IMG/VR virus record: IMGVR_UViG_3300020048_003360
Location: 144,023 to 208,022 of that record
Source: a virus
Lineage: Duplodnaviria > Caudoviricetes
Length of the DNA stretch: 64,000 bases
Strand: one strand, 5' to 3'
A program made the position numbers and the translations under genes. This document shows positions 37,701 through 46,469 of this stretch, piece after piece; the first letter of the stretch is position 1, and the number at the start of each line of letters is the position of its first letter. Below the pieces are notes generated by a model. That model was given only the letters and a program-made list of their open reading frames with translations. It ran no database searches and had not been told where the DNA came from.

Positions 37701-38868
37701 ATTAAATACAGCTACAGCTACATTAGATGGTGTAGCATTGGTAGCTGGATCTCGTGTACTATTGAAAAACCAATCCACGGCATCCCAGAATGGTATTTAT
37801 ACCAATCTAACCACTACTAACTGGATACGTGCTGTAGATGCAGACGTAAATAGTGAACTAGTATCAGCATTTGTATTTGTAGAACAAGGTACTGTTAATA
37901 AAGATAGTGCCTGGGTACAAACTGCTGATAATATCGTACTAGGTACTACTAATCTCATATGGGTACAGTTTGCTGGAGCTGGTGCATATCAGAGTATCAT
38001 TACTGGTGGTGCATCCACTATTACAGGAACTGACTTAACCGTATCTAGAGGTCTAGTCTCAGATAGTAATGGTAAGGTAGCAGTATCTGCAGTAACGTCA
38101 ACTGAACTTGGATACGTTAGTGGAGTTACCTCTGCTATTCAGACTCAGATAGGCACTAAAGCTAATATAGCATCTCCAGTATTTACAGGTAATGTAACTG
38201 GACTAGGTATAGCTACTGGTACTAGTTTTAACTCCATTACTGGGCTGAGTAGTACTAATCCAGCTGCAGCAGGTACTGTAGGTCCAGGTAGTTTATTTAC
38301 TGCAGCTAGAGCAGATCACGTACATCCATTACAGACTACCATTACTGGTAATGCAGCTACAGCCACTAAATTAGCTGCAGCAATTACTATAGGTGGTGTA
38401 TCATTTGATGGTAGTGCTAGTATTAACTTACCTGGAGTAAATACTGCTGGTAATCAGAATACTACTGGATCATCAGCTAGTTGTACTGGTAATGCAGCTA
38501 CCGTTACTAATGGTGTTTATACCAATACTATTAATTATGGTACTAGTATTAATAGTCAGACTGGAACTAGCTACACTACAGTGTTCAGTGATGCTGCGTC
38601 AGTAGGTAATCCTACTGCTATGGTATTAATGAATAATGCAGCAGCACAAACAGTTACTATACCACCTAATGCGTCTGTGGCTTATCCTATAGGTGCTACT
38701 TTACAAATCACACAAATGGGTGAGGGTAAAGTAACTATTGCACCTGGAGTTGGTGTAACTATTAACTCTGCCAATAATCATAAGTCTATTGGCATACAGT
38801 ATGGCGTAGTTAGTTTACTACAGACTAGCTTAAATGTTTGGCTATTAGTAGGTTCCTTAATAGAGTAA
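34735..38868 (+). CDS. Tail fibre protein with phiKZ-type N-terminal anchor and mosaic repeats
   Basis: N-terminal YPLDPTG...LNE...GPFF...YQTIGG anchor; duplicated GLGNVDNTSD.NKPVSTAQA, GNAATATKLA...GGVSFDGSA.INLPGVN and DG.....G.RVL...Q...SQNGIY modules. Confidence 0.8.
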   Translation: MPNNIVPVYPLDPTGQLASNLILNESQILTASNGINYHFLVPINGPFFENSLVVTLTNPTTNEVTVLSKGIDFYPSHWFISASRACANSIYGSITFLDKTLNGIIKLRYQTIGGDWTIDSSEIATVLADTLHNPRITAWEEVVDYPFAFPPIPHQWNLVDMVGMSDVVDTLSAINNSIIEQTASSTQSSIVVATATLETYSPTAGTIVAGDTLLTALQKIGGNIANEITRATTAEGLLVPKTTTVNGKALSTNITLSKSDVGLGNVDNTSDVNKPVSTAQATAIALKANIASPTFTGTVSGITKSMVGLGNVDNTSDANKPVSTAQATAINTAIDQAVLLVGSSTEISSTIQTALNLKANLDSPALSGIPSAPTAAVNTNTTQVATTAFVNAEIANDAPSKTGTGASGTWGISITGNAATATKLATARTIGGVSFDGSADINLPGVNAAGTQNTSGSAASLTNTRSIAITGDAAWAVNFNGSANASAILTLSASGVAVGTYRSVTVNAKGLVTAGTNPTTISGYGITDAYTKTEVDGLITGLDFRASVRVVSTSNITLSATQTIDGVSVVVGDRVLVAGQTTASQNGIYVVSAGAWVRSSDADNTPANEVTAGMYTFVSEGTTYADSGWVLTTNDNIVLGTTELVFTQFNGLGQITAGNGLTKTGNVINAVGTAGRIIANADTIDLATVTQSTGASFVKLTLDAYGRVSGNSAVALSDLTTLGASTLSLGTTDGLALTTNGSNGSATTAAKSDHTHPFPTKVNLGATTLGSNLFTITNPSAVTFPRFNADNSVTSLSAADFRSAIGAGVGGGDFSSNTATSVDGEIVLFNGTSGKSGKRATTTGLLKATSGVMSAAVAGTDFIAPSGALGTPSSGTLTNCTFPTLNQNTTGNAATVTTNANLTGEVTSVGNTTTVTNAAVIGKVLTGYASGAGAVAATDTILQAINKLNGNDGLKANIADTYTKAEIDSQLQGLKPKASVLAASTANIALNTATATLDGVALVAGSRVLLKNQSTASQNGIYTNLTTTNWIRAVDADVNSELVSAFVFVEQGTVNKDSAWVQTADNIVLGTTNLIWVQFAGAGAYQSIITGGASTITGTDLTVSRGLVSDSNGKVAVSAVTSTELGYVSGVTSAIQTQIGTKANIASPVFTGNVTGLGIATGTSFNSITGLSSTNPAAAGTVGPGSLFTAARADHVHPLQTTITGNAATATKLAAAITIGGVSFDGSASINLPGVNTAGNQNTTGSSASCTGNAATVTNGVYTNTINYGTSINSQTGTSYTTVFSDAASVGNPTAMVLMNNAAAQTVTIPPNASVAYPIGATLQITQMGEGKVTIAPGVGVTINSANNHKSIGIQYGVVSLLQTSLNVWLLVGSLIE

Positions 38869-38899
38869 CTTTTTTTTAAATTTTTAATAGGATATTCCA

Positions 38900-39199
38900 A
38901 TGTTTCTTTTAAATAAATTACTACGTCGAGAAAACTACAGAATGTTTAGTTTTCTATTATTAGCTCTTTTTTTCTACGGTATCGCACTAACTCTAGCTAC
39001 TCTCGATACTCTACTACTACCACAAGTACAAATAGTCTTATGGAAAGCCGGACACATCAGTATTGGTGCTTTCTTAGGTTATTGGGTAGATAAACAAATC
39101 TTTAGAGATATAATCTCTCCTCAATCAAATCCACTTACACATCTTCGTAGAGCTATAGTTGTAGTAGGCGCAATGATTGCAATTGCTTTAGGTATGTAA
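38900..39199 (+). CDS. Putative holin (Mu-like putative holin family)
   Basis: PQVQIVLWKAGHISIGAFLGYWVDKQIF...LRRAIVVVGAMIAIALGM resembles the recalled family pattern; three hydrophobic segments; directly upstream of a transglycosylase. Confidence 0.65.
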   Translation: MFLLNKLLRRENYRMFSFLLLALFFYGIALTLATLDTLLLPQVQIVLWKAGHISIGAFLGYWVDKQIFRDIISPQSNPLTHLRRAIVVVGAMIAIALGM

Positions 39200-39261
39200 G
39201 CTTAATTACTGGTATTCTAATTAATATTTTTAGAATACCAGTAATTTAACTAGGAACTGAA

Positions 39262-39996
39262 ATGACTTACTTAAAGATTTTGTTTATAGTATTGCCATTA
39301 CTGGTTTTACATCAATCAGTATTTGCAATTAGCCCAAATAGTACTTTAGAATTACAACTATCGCAATCTTTAGAGAATCCGCCACCAACTCCAGTTAAGA
39401 TACCTAATAAAAATCCAGATACTTTACCTACGCCCAGTATAATGTTACAATATCGCGCTGACTTAACTAGGGAAGCACAGGCAGTATATGGCCTAAATGC
39501 ACCAATTGCTATGTTGGCTGGTCAGATATGGCAAGAGTCTGGCGGTAGGGCAAATGTCACCGCTATAGACTTAGGTAGGGGTCTTACCCAATTTATGGAT
39601 GGTACAATAGCACAAATAGTTAGAGTACATCCTGAGTTAGGACCAGCTAATCCATACAATCCTCTATGGGCAATACGTGCCCAAACAAAATATATGATGT
39701 GGATTAATAAGAGGGTAAAAGGTAAAGATAATTGTGAAAAATATAGTGCTGCATTAAAATCGTATAATGCTGGACTAGGGTATGTACAAAGAGCTCAAAA
39801 GGTTTCACCTCAGCCAGATATATGGTACGGCGTAACTGAAGATATAGCTAGTGGTCAATCACACAAAAACTTTATATACTCTAGATGGTATCCCAGACAA
39901 ATTCTATTTAATCATCAAAGAAGATTTGTACCTTGGGGTGGTTTAGTATGCGATCTAAATAATGTGCCAGTTGATAATCCAAAGTTTAAGAAATAA
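39262..39996 (+). CDS. Endolysin: SLT lytic transglycosylase with N-terminal signal peptide
   Basis: GQIWQES...GRGLTQFM...YNPLWAIRAQ..YM...ALKSYNAGLG; N-terminus MTYLKILFIVLPLLVLHQSVFA. Confidence 0.85.
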   Translation: MTYLKILFIVLPLLVLHQSVFAISPNSTLELQLSQSLENPPPTPVKIPNKNPDTLPTPSIMLQYRADLTREAQAVYGLNAPIAMLAGQIWQESGGRANVTAIDLGRGLTQFMDGTIAQIVRVHPELGPANPYNPLWAIRAQTKYMMWINKRVKGKDNCEKYSAALKSYNAGLGYVQRAQKVSPQPDIWYGVTEDIASGQSHKNFIYSRWYPRQILFNHQRRFVPWGGLVCDLNNVPVDNPKFKK

Positions 39997-40009
39997 ATAT
40001 AGTTTAAAG

Positions 40010-40074
40010 CAGCATAGAAGCCTATCCATCACTACTTAGCACTTAGCTGGTGGTGATGGATAGGTATTATGCCG
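40010..40074. terminator. Bidirectional hairpin
   Basis: cagcata..cctatccatcacta / tggtgatggatagg..ttatgccg. Confidence 0.75.
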
Positions 40075-40114
40075 TAAGTCTCTTAAAGGTATGTCATAGG
40101 GTCTTTAAACTACA

Positions 40115-40543
40115 TTATGAGATTAGATTTCCTAACTTCATAAATAACTCTACTACTAAGTATAATGCATATGGTGGTAAAAACATAGCTGCTATTGTAG
40201 ACCAGAAACCTTTAGCTACTACTACACCCATAATCCAACAGATTAAAAATGCAGTAGCAAAAATAGTATTTGATATTGAATTAATATTCATTTTAATTTT
40301 CTCACTATTTTTAACTATAGGTGATGTAATAGGGTCTTTTTTAGGCACACTTACCCCACTAGCTACTAAATTTTCTGATAAATTATCAACTATAGAATCT
40401 ACAATACGTATTTTAAGATGTTCGTAACCTATTATTTCTTCAGCCGGACAAATAATTGTATTACCCTTAGCTAAAACTATACGATTGGCAGTAGTTAAAA
40501 CAAATCTATACGATTGAGAATCAACTGGGTTCGGATTTATCAT
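40115..40543 (-). CDS. Hypothetical membrane protein
   Basis: 142 aa with C-terminal hydrophobic helices. Confidence 0.55.
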   Translation of the reverse strand: MINPNPVDSQSYRFVLTTANRIVLAKGNTIICPAEEIIGYEHLKIRIVDSIVDNLSENLVASGVSVPKKDPITSPIVKNSEKIKMNINSISNTIFATAFLICWIMGVVVAKGFWSTIAAMFLPPYALYLVVELFMKLGNLIS

Positions 40544-41172
40544 GTGTGTAAATGTATATTTTTAGTTAAAAAAACATTCTTAAATATTTCGTCAATTTCC
40601 TTACGTACTTCTGGTGGTGTATTATCATCATCGCGGATAATATTTGTAAATAAGATAGGTAGTTCTGGTACAGATGTATGTACATCAGGTAATTCAATAT
40701 CTATCTTACATTTTGTACTATATCTACCAGAACCTACTGCAGCTCCAGGTAGATAGAACATATCTACTTCTAAAATTAATTCAGTATTAGGTATTTTAAA
40801 AGAGTATCTATCTTTCAACATACCTACGTCAGCTAGTAACTGATACTGACGAAAATTATCTTCAGTAGAAGGAATAGTAACCTCTAATCTAATTTCTTTA
40901 TTATGGGTAGCTATCTTTGTAGTATTGGTATATACTGCAGTTTCTTCGGTAATATTTGGAATTGTTTTACGAACACGAGACTTACCACTAGCCGCATTAC
41001 CTGGAGAATGCGGGATATCTATTTGCCACTGCTCATGATGTTCTTTACTATATGCTTTTAGTAGTTCTGACATATCTACTAAATCAGCATAAAGAACAAC
41101 TTCTATTTCTTTTACTATTTCACCAGTAGCTGCTTCTTCTAGCGCTCTACGTAACATTTTCATTTTCATCAC
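40540..41172 (-). CDS. CYTH-like (triphosphate tunnel metalloenzyme) protein
   Basis: KEIE, SRVRK, LKDRYSF, LEVDMF, KIDIEL spacing matches the CYTH ExE / RxR / K.R / EvD / E.E pattern. By-eye match. Confidence 0.55.
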   Translation of the reverse strand: MMKMKMLRRALEEAATGEIVKEIEVVLYADLVDMSELLKAYSKEHHEQWQIDIPHSPGNAASGKSRVRKTIPNITEETAVYTNTTKIATHNKEIRLEVTIPSTEDNFRQYQLLADVGMLKDRYSFKIPNTELILEVDMFYLPGAAVGSGRYSTKCKIDIELPDVHTSVPELPILFTNIIRDDDNTPPEVRKEIDEIFKNVFLTKNIHLHT

Positions 41173-41300
41173 CTAACAAACATTAATAACATAGACATAG
41201 CCACAATAACAGTAATAATTAAGAGTTCTACAATAATACTTGTATGGATGTTTTTTTTATTAGTAGATACTTCTTCTAGAGTTCTGCAGAGTGTCTTCAT
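41169..41300 (-). CDS. 43-aa peptide with hydrophobic C-terminus
   Basis: Read manually: MKTLCRTLEEVSTNKKNIHTSIIVELLIITVIVAMSMLLMFVR; TGA overlaps the next start. Confidence 0.45.
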   Translation of the reverse strand: MKTLCRTLEEVSTNKKNIHTSIIVELLIITVIVAMSMLLMFVR

Positions 41301-41304
41301 CTTA

Positions 41305-41937
41305 TCATCCAAAGATAACTTTCATAACTGCCAAAACAGCATCTAGTACACTTTTTAAAACACTAGTGTCTTTACCTGTAGTGGTGCTAGTTAAGAGTAG
41401 AGTAATTATGATGGCAACAATAGCTACAATTATAATTAATCCATTATTAAATATTCTTCTACCAGTTCGTTTAATTCTAATCTGTTCCTTTTTAGCTTCT
41501 TGTTTTTCTAGTTCTTCAGGAGTAGGGTTTTGTCTTTTATCAATACCTTCAAATTCTAAATTCTGACTTCTTCTATCCTTAGCACCCCACAATGGTTCTA
41601 CTTTAGCTATCTCAGCTTTTTTTAGTTGAATATAACCAGCTAGTAATTCTATCTGCGTTTCAAAATCATGTTTACTTAAAGCTGATTTTAATTCAGCTCC
41701 AGTACTTTTATCACTTAGCTTTTCAATACTGTCATTAAAGTCAGCCAATCTATTGTGAACTGTAATTAATTCAGATAATGGTGTAGTTTCTAATGAACCC
41801 ACACTAGCTAGATGTTTACTAATGTACGCGTTGTCAGCCACTCCTTTTAAAACCACTTCTGCCATTTTTGGTATGACTGGTTTTCTTTTATCCGATGGTA
41901 ATGGAGCAGCTACCCATTTAATTTCTCTTTCAACCAT
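41305..41937 (-). CDS. Hypothetical protein with C-terminal transmembrane helix
   Basis: 210 aa; GLIIIVAIVAIIITLLL. Confidence 0.6.
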   Translation of the reverse strand: MVEREIKWVAAPLPSDKRKPVIPKMAEVVLKGVADNAYISKHLASVGSLETTPLSELITVHNRLADFNDSIEKLSDKSTGAELKSALSKHDFETQIELLAGYIQLKKAEIAKVEPLWGAKDRRSQNLEFEGIDKRQNPTPEELEKQEAKKEQIRIKRTGRRIFNNGLIIIVAIVAIIITLLLTSTTTGKDTSVLKSVLDAVLAVMKVIFG

Positions 41938-41939
41938 TA

Positions 41940-42233
41940 TTATTCCTTATTGGTATTTTTCATAACCTCTATCTTCCAGGCTCTTAAAAGACTTAGTCTT
42001 TTATTACAGACAGAAGCATTATGAAGTAATTCACTACTATAGTTAACTAATAATTCTTCGCGTCCTACTAAATTAGTATTTAAATATGTAGTTTTATCTG
42101 GTGGTGGAGATATTACGCAATCTAATATAAGTTCATCTGGAACCATTACTTGTGTGGCTACATTTACTGTTGGTGGAGTACTAGCACACCCAGATAATGA
42201 AATTAATATTGATATAATAAAAAATTTAAACAC
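41940..42233 (-). CDS. o-spanin-like lipoprotein
   Basis: Lipobox LSG-C after a short hydrophobic signal; Pro-rich with further Cys; follows an i-spanin-like gene. Confidence 0.65.
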   Translation of the reverse strand: MFKFFIISILISLSGCASTPPTVNVATQVMVPDELILDCVISPPPDKTTYLNTNLVGREELLVNYSSELLHNASVCNKRLSLLRAWKIEVMKNTNKE

Positions 42234-42243
42234 TTTATACTCC

Positions 42244-42669
42244 TTACTTATTACAAGATGGGTGTGATTCTACACTATTGCAGAACTGTTCCCATAATCC
42301 ATTTATTAGTACTTCACTACGTTTTAATATAAGACCTTCATCCACTTCAGCTAGTGGTATATTTGTATCTACTTTTATTTGATCTAGTTGTTGTTTTACC
42401 TTATATATTACGATGGTTCTTTTAGCTGTTAAGTGATCTATGTCTTTACTTAATTTAACATTGGTCTTACTAGTTACCGTAGCCACTGCTTTATCAACTT
42501 TAATTGTTTTTTCTAATACTTTATTAGCTACCTCGTGTACCACTACTGCTTTTTCTAACTTTTTTACTTCTTTACCTTTATAATGATTACTTATAAATAA
42601 ACCAATAAGTATAGTCGATAATACAGCAAGTAAAATTAATTTACCTTTAGTGAACATAATGTTCTCCAT
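42244..42669 (-). CDS. i-spanin-like protein
   Basis: N-terminal transmembrane helix, long helical periplasmic part, C-terminal Cys pair. Confidence 0.6.
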   Translation of the reverse strand: MENIMFTKGKLILLAVLSTILIGLFISNHYKGKEVKKLEKAVVVHEVANKVLEKTIKVDKAVATVTSKTNVKLSKDIDHLTAKRTIVIYKVKQQLDQIKVDTNIPLAEVDEGLILKRSEVLINGLWEQFCNSVESHPSCNK

Positions 42670-43237
42670 TAATGACTTTTATGTACATACCATACGCTAC
42701 AGCTAAAGCATCTATAGAATGCTCATCTAAGTTAAATAACGGAATAATTCCATTATAATTAAGATTGGGTAAATCTATTATTTTCTGTTTCATTGTGTAT
42801 TTATCGGCATTTCCTTTTGCACCCACAGCATTCTTAACAGATGATGGATCTATAGTGTACAGTTTATGCCAGTAGCTATAGTTCATAACACTTCTTTTTA
42901 TACTACACATTACTTCAGTAAGTGCTACACCAGCTGCCGGAAACTTAACCATAAAGAAAGGTGATTCTGAACAAATAAATGTTGGTTTATAGTAATGGAA
43001 TATCCTAAGTAATTCATTTTCTAATCCCAATATTCTACCAGTTCTTTCACCATATCTATTAGATGTCCAGTCGTCATTACCTTTAAGTTTATTACCATTT
43101 AAAGTAAAAGCATCGCTAGTTATTATTTTTAGATTATCTAGATTAATGATTAATATCGCTATGCCTAAATTTGTAGTACCTGGATCTATACCAATGATTA
43201 TTATTTCATTAGATGAATCTTTAGGCATAACTAACAT
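42647..43237 (-). CDS. ruvC: RuvC-like Holliday junction resolvase
   Basis: IGIDPG..NLG, CSESPF, PSSVKNAVG.KGNA.K, DEHSIDALAVA. Confidence 0.85.
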   Translation of the reverse strand: MLVMPKDSSNEIIIIGIDPGTTNLGIAILIINLDNLKIITSDAFTLNGNKLKGNDDWTSNRYGERTGRILGLENELLRIFHYYKPTFICSESPFFMVKFPAAGVALTEVMCSIKRSVMNYSYWHKLYTIDPSSVKNAVGAKGNADKYTMKQKIIDLPNLNYNGIIPLFNLDEHSIDALAVAYGMYIKVINGEHYVH

Positions 43238-43292
43238 AATTTAATTCCAATATTTACCCACACCACTAATGCAGTGTGGGGTTTATTAAATG

Positions 43293-44129
43293 TTATTCTA
43301 ATTGAAATAGACTTTCGGTAGCACCTACATCCAATAGAATATCAATACCTGAAGAATTATAAGCTAATGCAAATAGTGCATTTACAAATGATATACACTG
43401 AACAGCAACTGCCTCATTAAATGGAGCAGATCCATTATTGATAGTGGGGCTTTGTACTACCTTATCTACTCCTGAACATAAAGCTATTTCAGATATAATA
43501 GCATAACCTGGATCACCATAAATAACATTTGCTACATTTAGTAACTCAGCTACATCATCAGCTGTTAAAGCAATACTCAATTCAGCAGATGCAGAAACAT
43601 AGTCACCAGTTACTAAATTTACACCAGTATTATTAAGTGGTGGTGGTACTGGATTTAGATTAGCTGCGGTAGGTGTAAATGGATTAGTTGTAGAAACGCC
43701 ATTAACGACAGAAATACTGTTCAGTTCAGGAACTAAAGTATTAACAGGTAGTCTTTTTAAATAATAGGCAAAGTATTGAACACCATCGTGTGTCTCAATA
43801 CGACGTAGTGCGTATTTTGCCTTAGCTACTGCGTCTATATCATTATCTAATGGACGCAGTACAAATGGAATACCATTGTATAAAGCTGCATCTGTTGCAC
43901 TATGTTGAATTGGATTTGTTAATGGAATGCCGTTGGCTCCTATGGTCATTTTGTGACCACCATTACCAATTGCATAGTAACCTAATGTAGGAGTTCTAAT
44001 TGGAGCTATACCTGCCTGAATTCCATAGAGTTCATTTAATGTTGAATCTGGTGACATTACAAAACTAATGTTACTAAGTAAACAAGTTTGTAAGTATGAA
44101 GAATATGCCGTTCTGGTGGTCAGTTGCAT
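43293..44129 (-). CDS. Virion structural protein (phiKZ gp127-like by synteny)
   Basis: 278 aa; YYAIGNGGH, YYLKRL, ISEIALCSGVD blocks. Confidence 0.55.
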   Translation of the reverse strand: MQLTTRTAYSSYLQTCLLSNISFVMSPDSTLNELYGIQAGIAPIRTPTLGYYAIGNGGHKMTIGANGIPLTNPIQHSATDAALYNGIPFVLRPLDNDIDAVAKAKYALRRIETHDGVQYFAYYLKRLPVNTLVPELNSISVVNGVSTTNPFTPTAANLNPVPPPLNNTGVNLVTGDYVSASAELSIALTADDVAELLNVANVIYGDPGYAIISEIALCSGVDKVVQSPTINNGSAPFNEAVAVQCISFVNALFALAYNSSGIDILLDVGATESLFQLE

Positions 44130-44139
44130 GGTGTTTCCT

Positions 44140-46386
44140 TTATGGTGTAATGGGATAATTAATTACTTCGTTATCTGCATAGATATAATCAGTTACAGTA
44201 TTTTCTATTTTTATCGATGGGTTTTCATTAAACCCATAAATATCAATATTTGGACTAGTGGAATCACCAGTCACCACTATAGCTTTCTTAACTCTAATTG
44301 TTTCAATTTGTATTTTAAATTTAGTAATTGGTGTGGATAATATTGGATGTTTTCTTTCTGTATGGGTATGTTTAATGACCATGCTCTCACTCATGGAAAC
44401 TTTAGTCATGTCTCCAATATTAATTTGGTGTTTATATTCAGAATAATGATTTGCTTCTGAATAAATAACGCCAGTACCTAAATCTAATAGTGTAAAATCA
44501 CCAGTTTCTCTAGTAAAAATATTATCAGCACGAACCGTAGTCCAGTCAGTTCTATTAACAACACCATTATTAATAGTAGAAATAAATTGCACACTATAGC
44601 TAGATAATTGCGTCATGATATTCATCATGGCTTTTTGGATATTGCCAATAGAACTATTTGCAAATTCAGCCACACCAGTAGCAGCAGTTAAGATAGTGGT
44701 ATAGAATGTAGATAATTCAGATGCAGCCATATCACTAATATCTATATTGCGTTCATTTAACCAACTACCATATAGTGTTTCAGTTGGAACTAAAGTACAA
44801 ATACAGTCACTATAGATACGTGACACCATATTAGCCACCATAGCTCTTTGTATTGATTGTTCTTGCTTAGCTGTAATTTTTCTTTGCATTTGAGCAGCTT
44901 TATGTATTTTAGTACACAAAATATAAAAAGCATCTATAGAAATAAGAGTATCTATTTTTGGTTGTAATGAAAGTAATTCTACAGCAAGTGTTCTATCTAC
45001 TCTTTTACTATCTACCATAGTCATGATTTCATCGGCAGTCACTATAGTACTGGCTGTGGGTAATATTCGCTGTACCCTAATAGCCACTGCTTTAGGAATC
45101 GTTAAAACGTTAATTCCAATTGAATTACAAAAAACATACCAGGCTAATATAAACGCATCCAAAGCAGATAGTGTTAATAGACTATTTGTTTTTGGATTAA
45201 TGACGTTTACATACGCTACGTATTTACCTATACTGGCTAAGTAAATCCATTGATTTATTAGTATTTCATTTAAACTATATGGCTCACTATTTGACTCATC
45301 AATAACTGAAGATTCTAATATTTTAGTTGGAATTATACTAGAAGTAGCATTTTCCATCTGTTCTTCTATCGATAATATATTTTGTTCATTATGTTTTTTA
45401 TTATCAGAAACTACTTTATTCTCAATATCCAACACTTCACTTAATGTTAATATACGTTGTCTCGATAGATCGTGTTTTTCATTTAGTGATTTTCTATAAA
45501 ATACAATCTCAGGATAAATATTATCTGATAAGTTAGTTAAATCATGATGCATTGTATATTCAGTGAGTGGTAAATTACGCACTGTCATGATATTATGGGT
45601 TAACCAATCAAATACTGCTTTCTTACCAGCATTACGTTCTATATACGCAATGTTTCTATAAAAAAATAATCCCTGACTTAAAGTCATGTGGTCGATATAG
45701 TCATTTAATAAATTATGACTAGCTAAATATTGTCGAACGTGAAAACTATGTGCTTCATTAGATTTACATGCCTGTAGTCTGTATGTTAAGATAGCTGGTA
45801 ATAGATTAAGATACATAATACCTAAAGCTGTAGCGGGATATAACACATCGCTAATACCATACTGTACATTTGTCCATCTAATTTTATAACCATATATCCA
45901 TTTTTGTAGATTAGAGATTAAACTATATTCATTTGGTTCTACTAAGTGTAATGGATATCCTAAAATAGTTCCATCTGTAGCTGCTATGGCTTTATTAATA
46001 TCTATCGGATATAAAATACCTTTAATCAGTAACTCTTGATCTGGATACTGTGTTAATAAAACTTTATAGTGTCTAGTACCATACTGATATGCTTTTGCTG
46101 TAGCTGGATTTAAAATTAAATTTTCTATTGTAAATTTAATTACTTCCAATGTATCCATTGAAATAATATACATCGGTACATCTACTGGATGATACTGACC
46201 ACTTATATTTAAATAATACTTAAAAGTTTCTGGTTGTAATAAATTAACTTCATCAACACCAATCATCATAGCTTGATCATTTACATATCTATTTAAGCCA
46301 TCTACAGTATCTTGTGATTTAATTATTAATGTAGATGCTAATTGTGTGCAGGCATTAATATAGATTTCATAGTAGTTATTTAGCAC
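44140..46386 (-). CDS. Virion structural protein (phiKZ gp128-like by synteny)
   Basis: 748 aa, divergent from portal; KYYLNISGQYH, YIERNAGK blocks. Confidence 0.55.
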   Translation of the reverse strand: MLNNYYEIYINACTQLASTLIIKSQDTVDGLNRYVNDQAMMIGVDEVNLLQPETFKYYLNISGQYHPVDVPMYIISMDTLEVIKFTIENLILNPATAKAYQYGTRHYKVLLTQYPDQELLIKGILYPIDINKAIAATDGTILGYPLHLVEPNEYSLISNLQKWIYGYKIRWTNVQYGISDVLYPATALGIMYLNLLPAILTYRLQACKSNEAHSFHVRQYLASHNLLNDYIDHMTLSQGLFFYRNIAYIERNAGKKAVFDWLTHNIMTVRNLPLTEYTMHHDLTNLSDNIYPEIVFYRKSLNEKHDLSRQRILTLSEVLDIENKVVSDNKKHNEQNILSIEEQMENATSSIIPTKILESSVIDESNSEPYSLNEILINQWIYLASIGKYVAYVNVINPKTNSLLTLSALDAFILAWYVFCNSIGINVLTIPKAVAIRVQRILPTASTIVTADEIMTMVDSKRVDRTLAVELLSLQPKIDTLISIDAFYILCTKIHKAAQMQRKITAKQEQSIQRAMVANMVSRIYSDCICTLVPTETLYGSWLNERNIDISDMAASELSTFYTTILTAATGVAEFANSSIGNIQKAMMNIMTQLSSYSVQFISTINNGVVNRTDWTTVRADNIFTRETGDFTLLDLGTGVIYSEANHYSEYKHQINIGDMTKVSMSESMVIKHTHTERKHPILSTPITKFKIQIETIRVKKAIVVTGDSTSPNIDIYGFNENPSIKIENTVTDYIYADNEVINYPITP

Positions 46387-46469
46387 GTCATTATCCTTCT
46401 AGTAAATTGATTCATGTAATGAGTCAATTGTGTATTTTATTTATATCACTTTTAAGAGTAATCTAAAAA

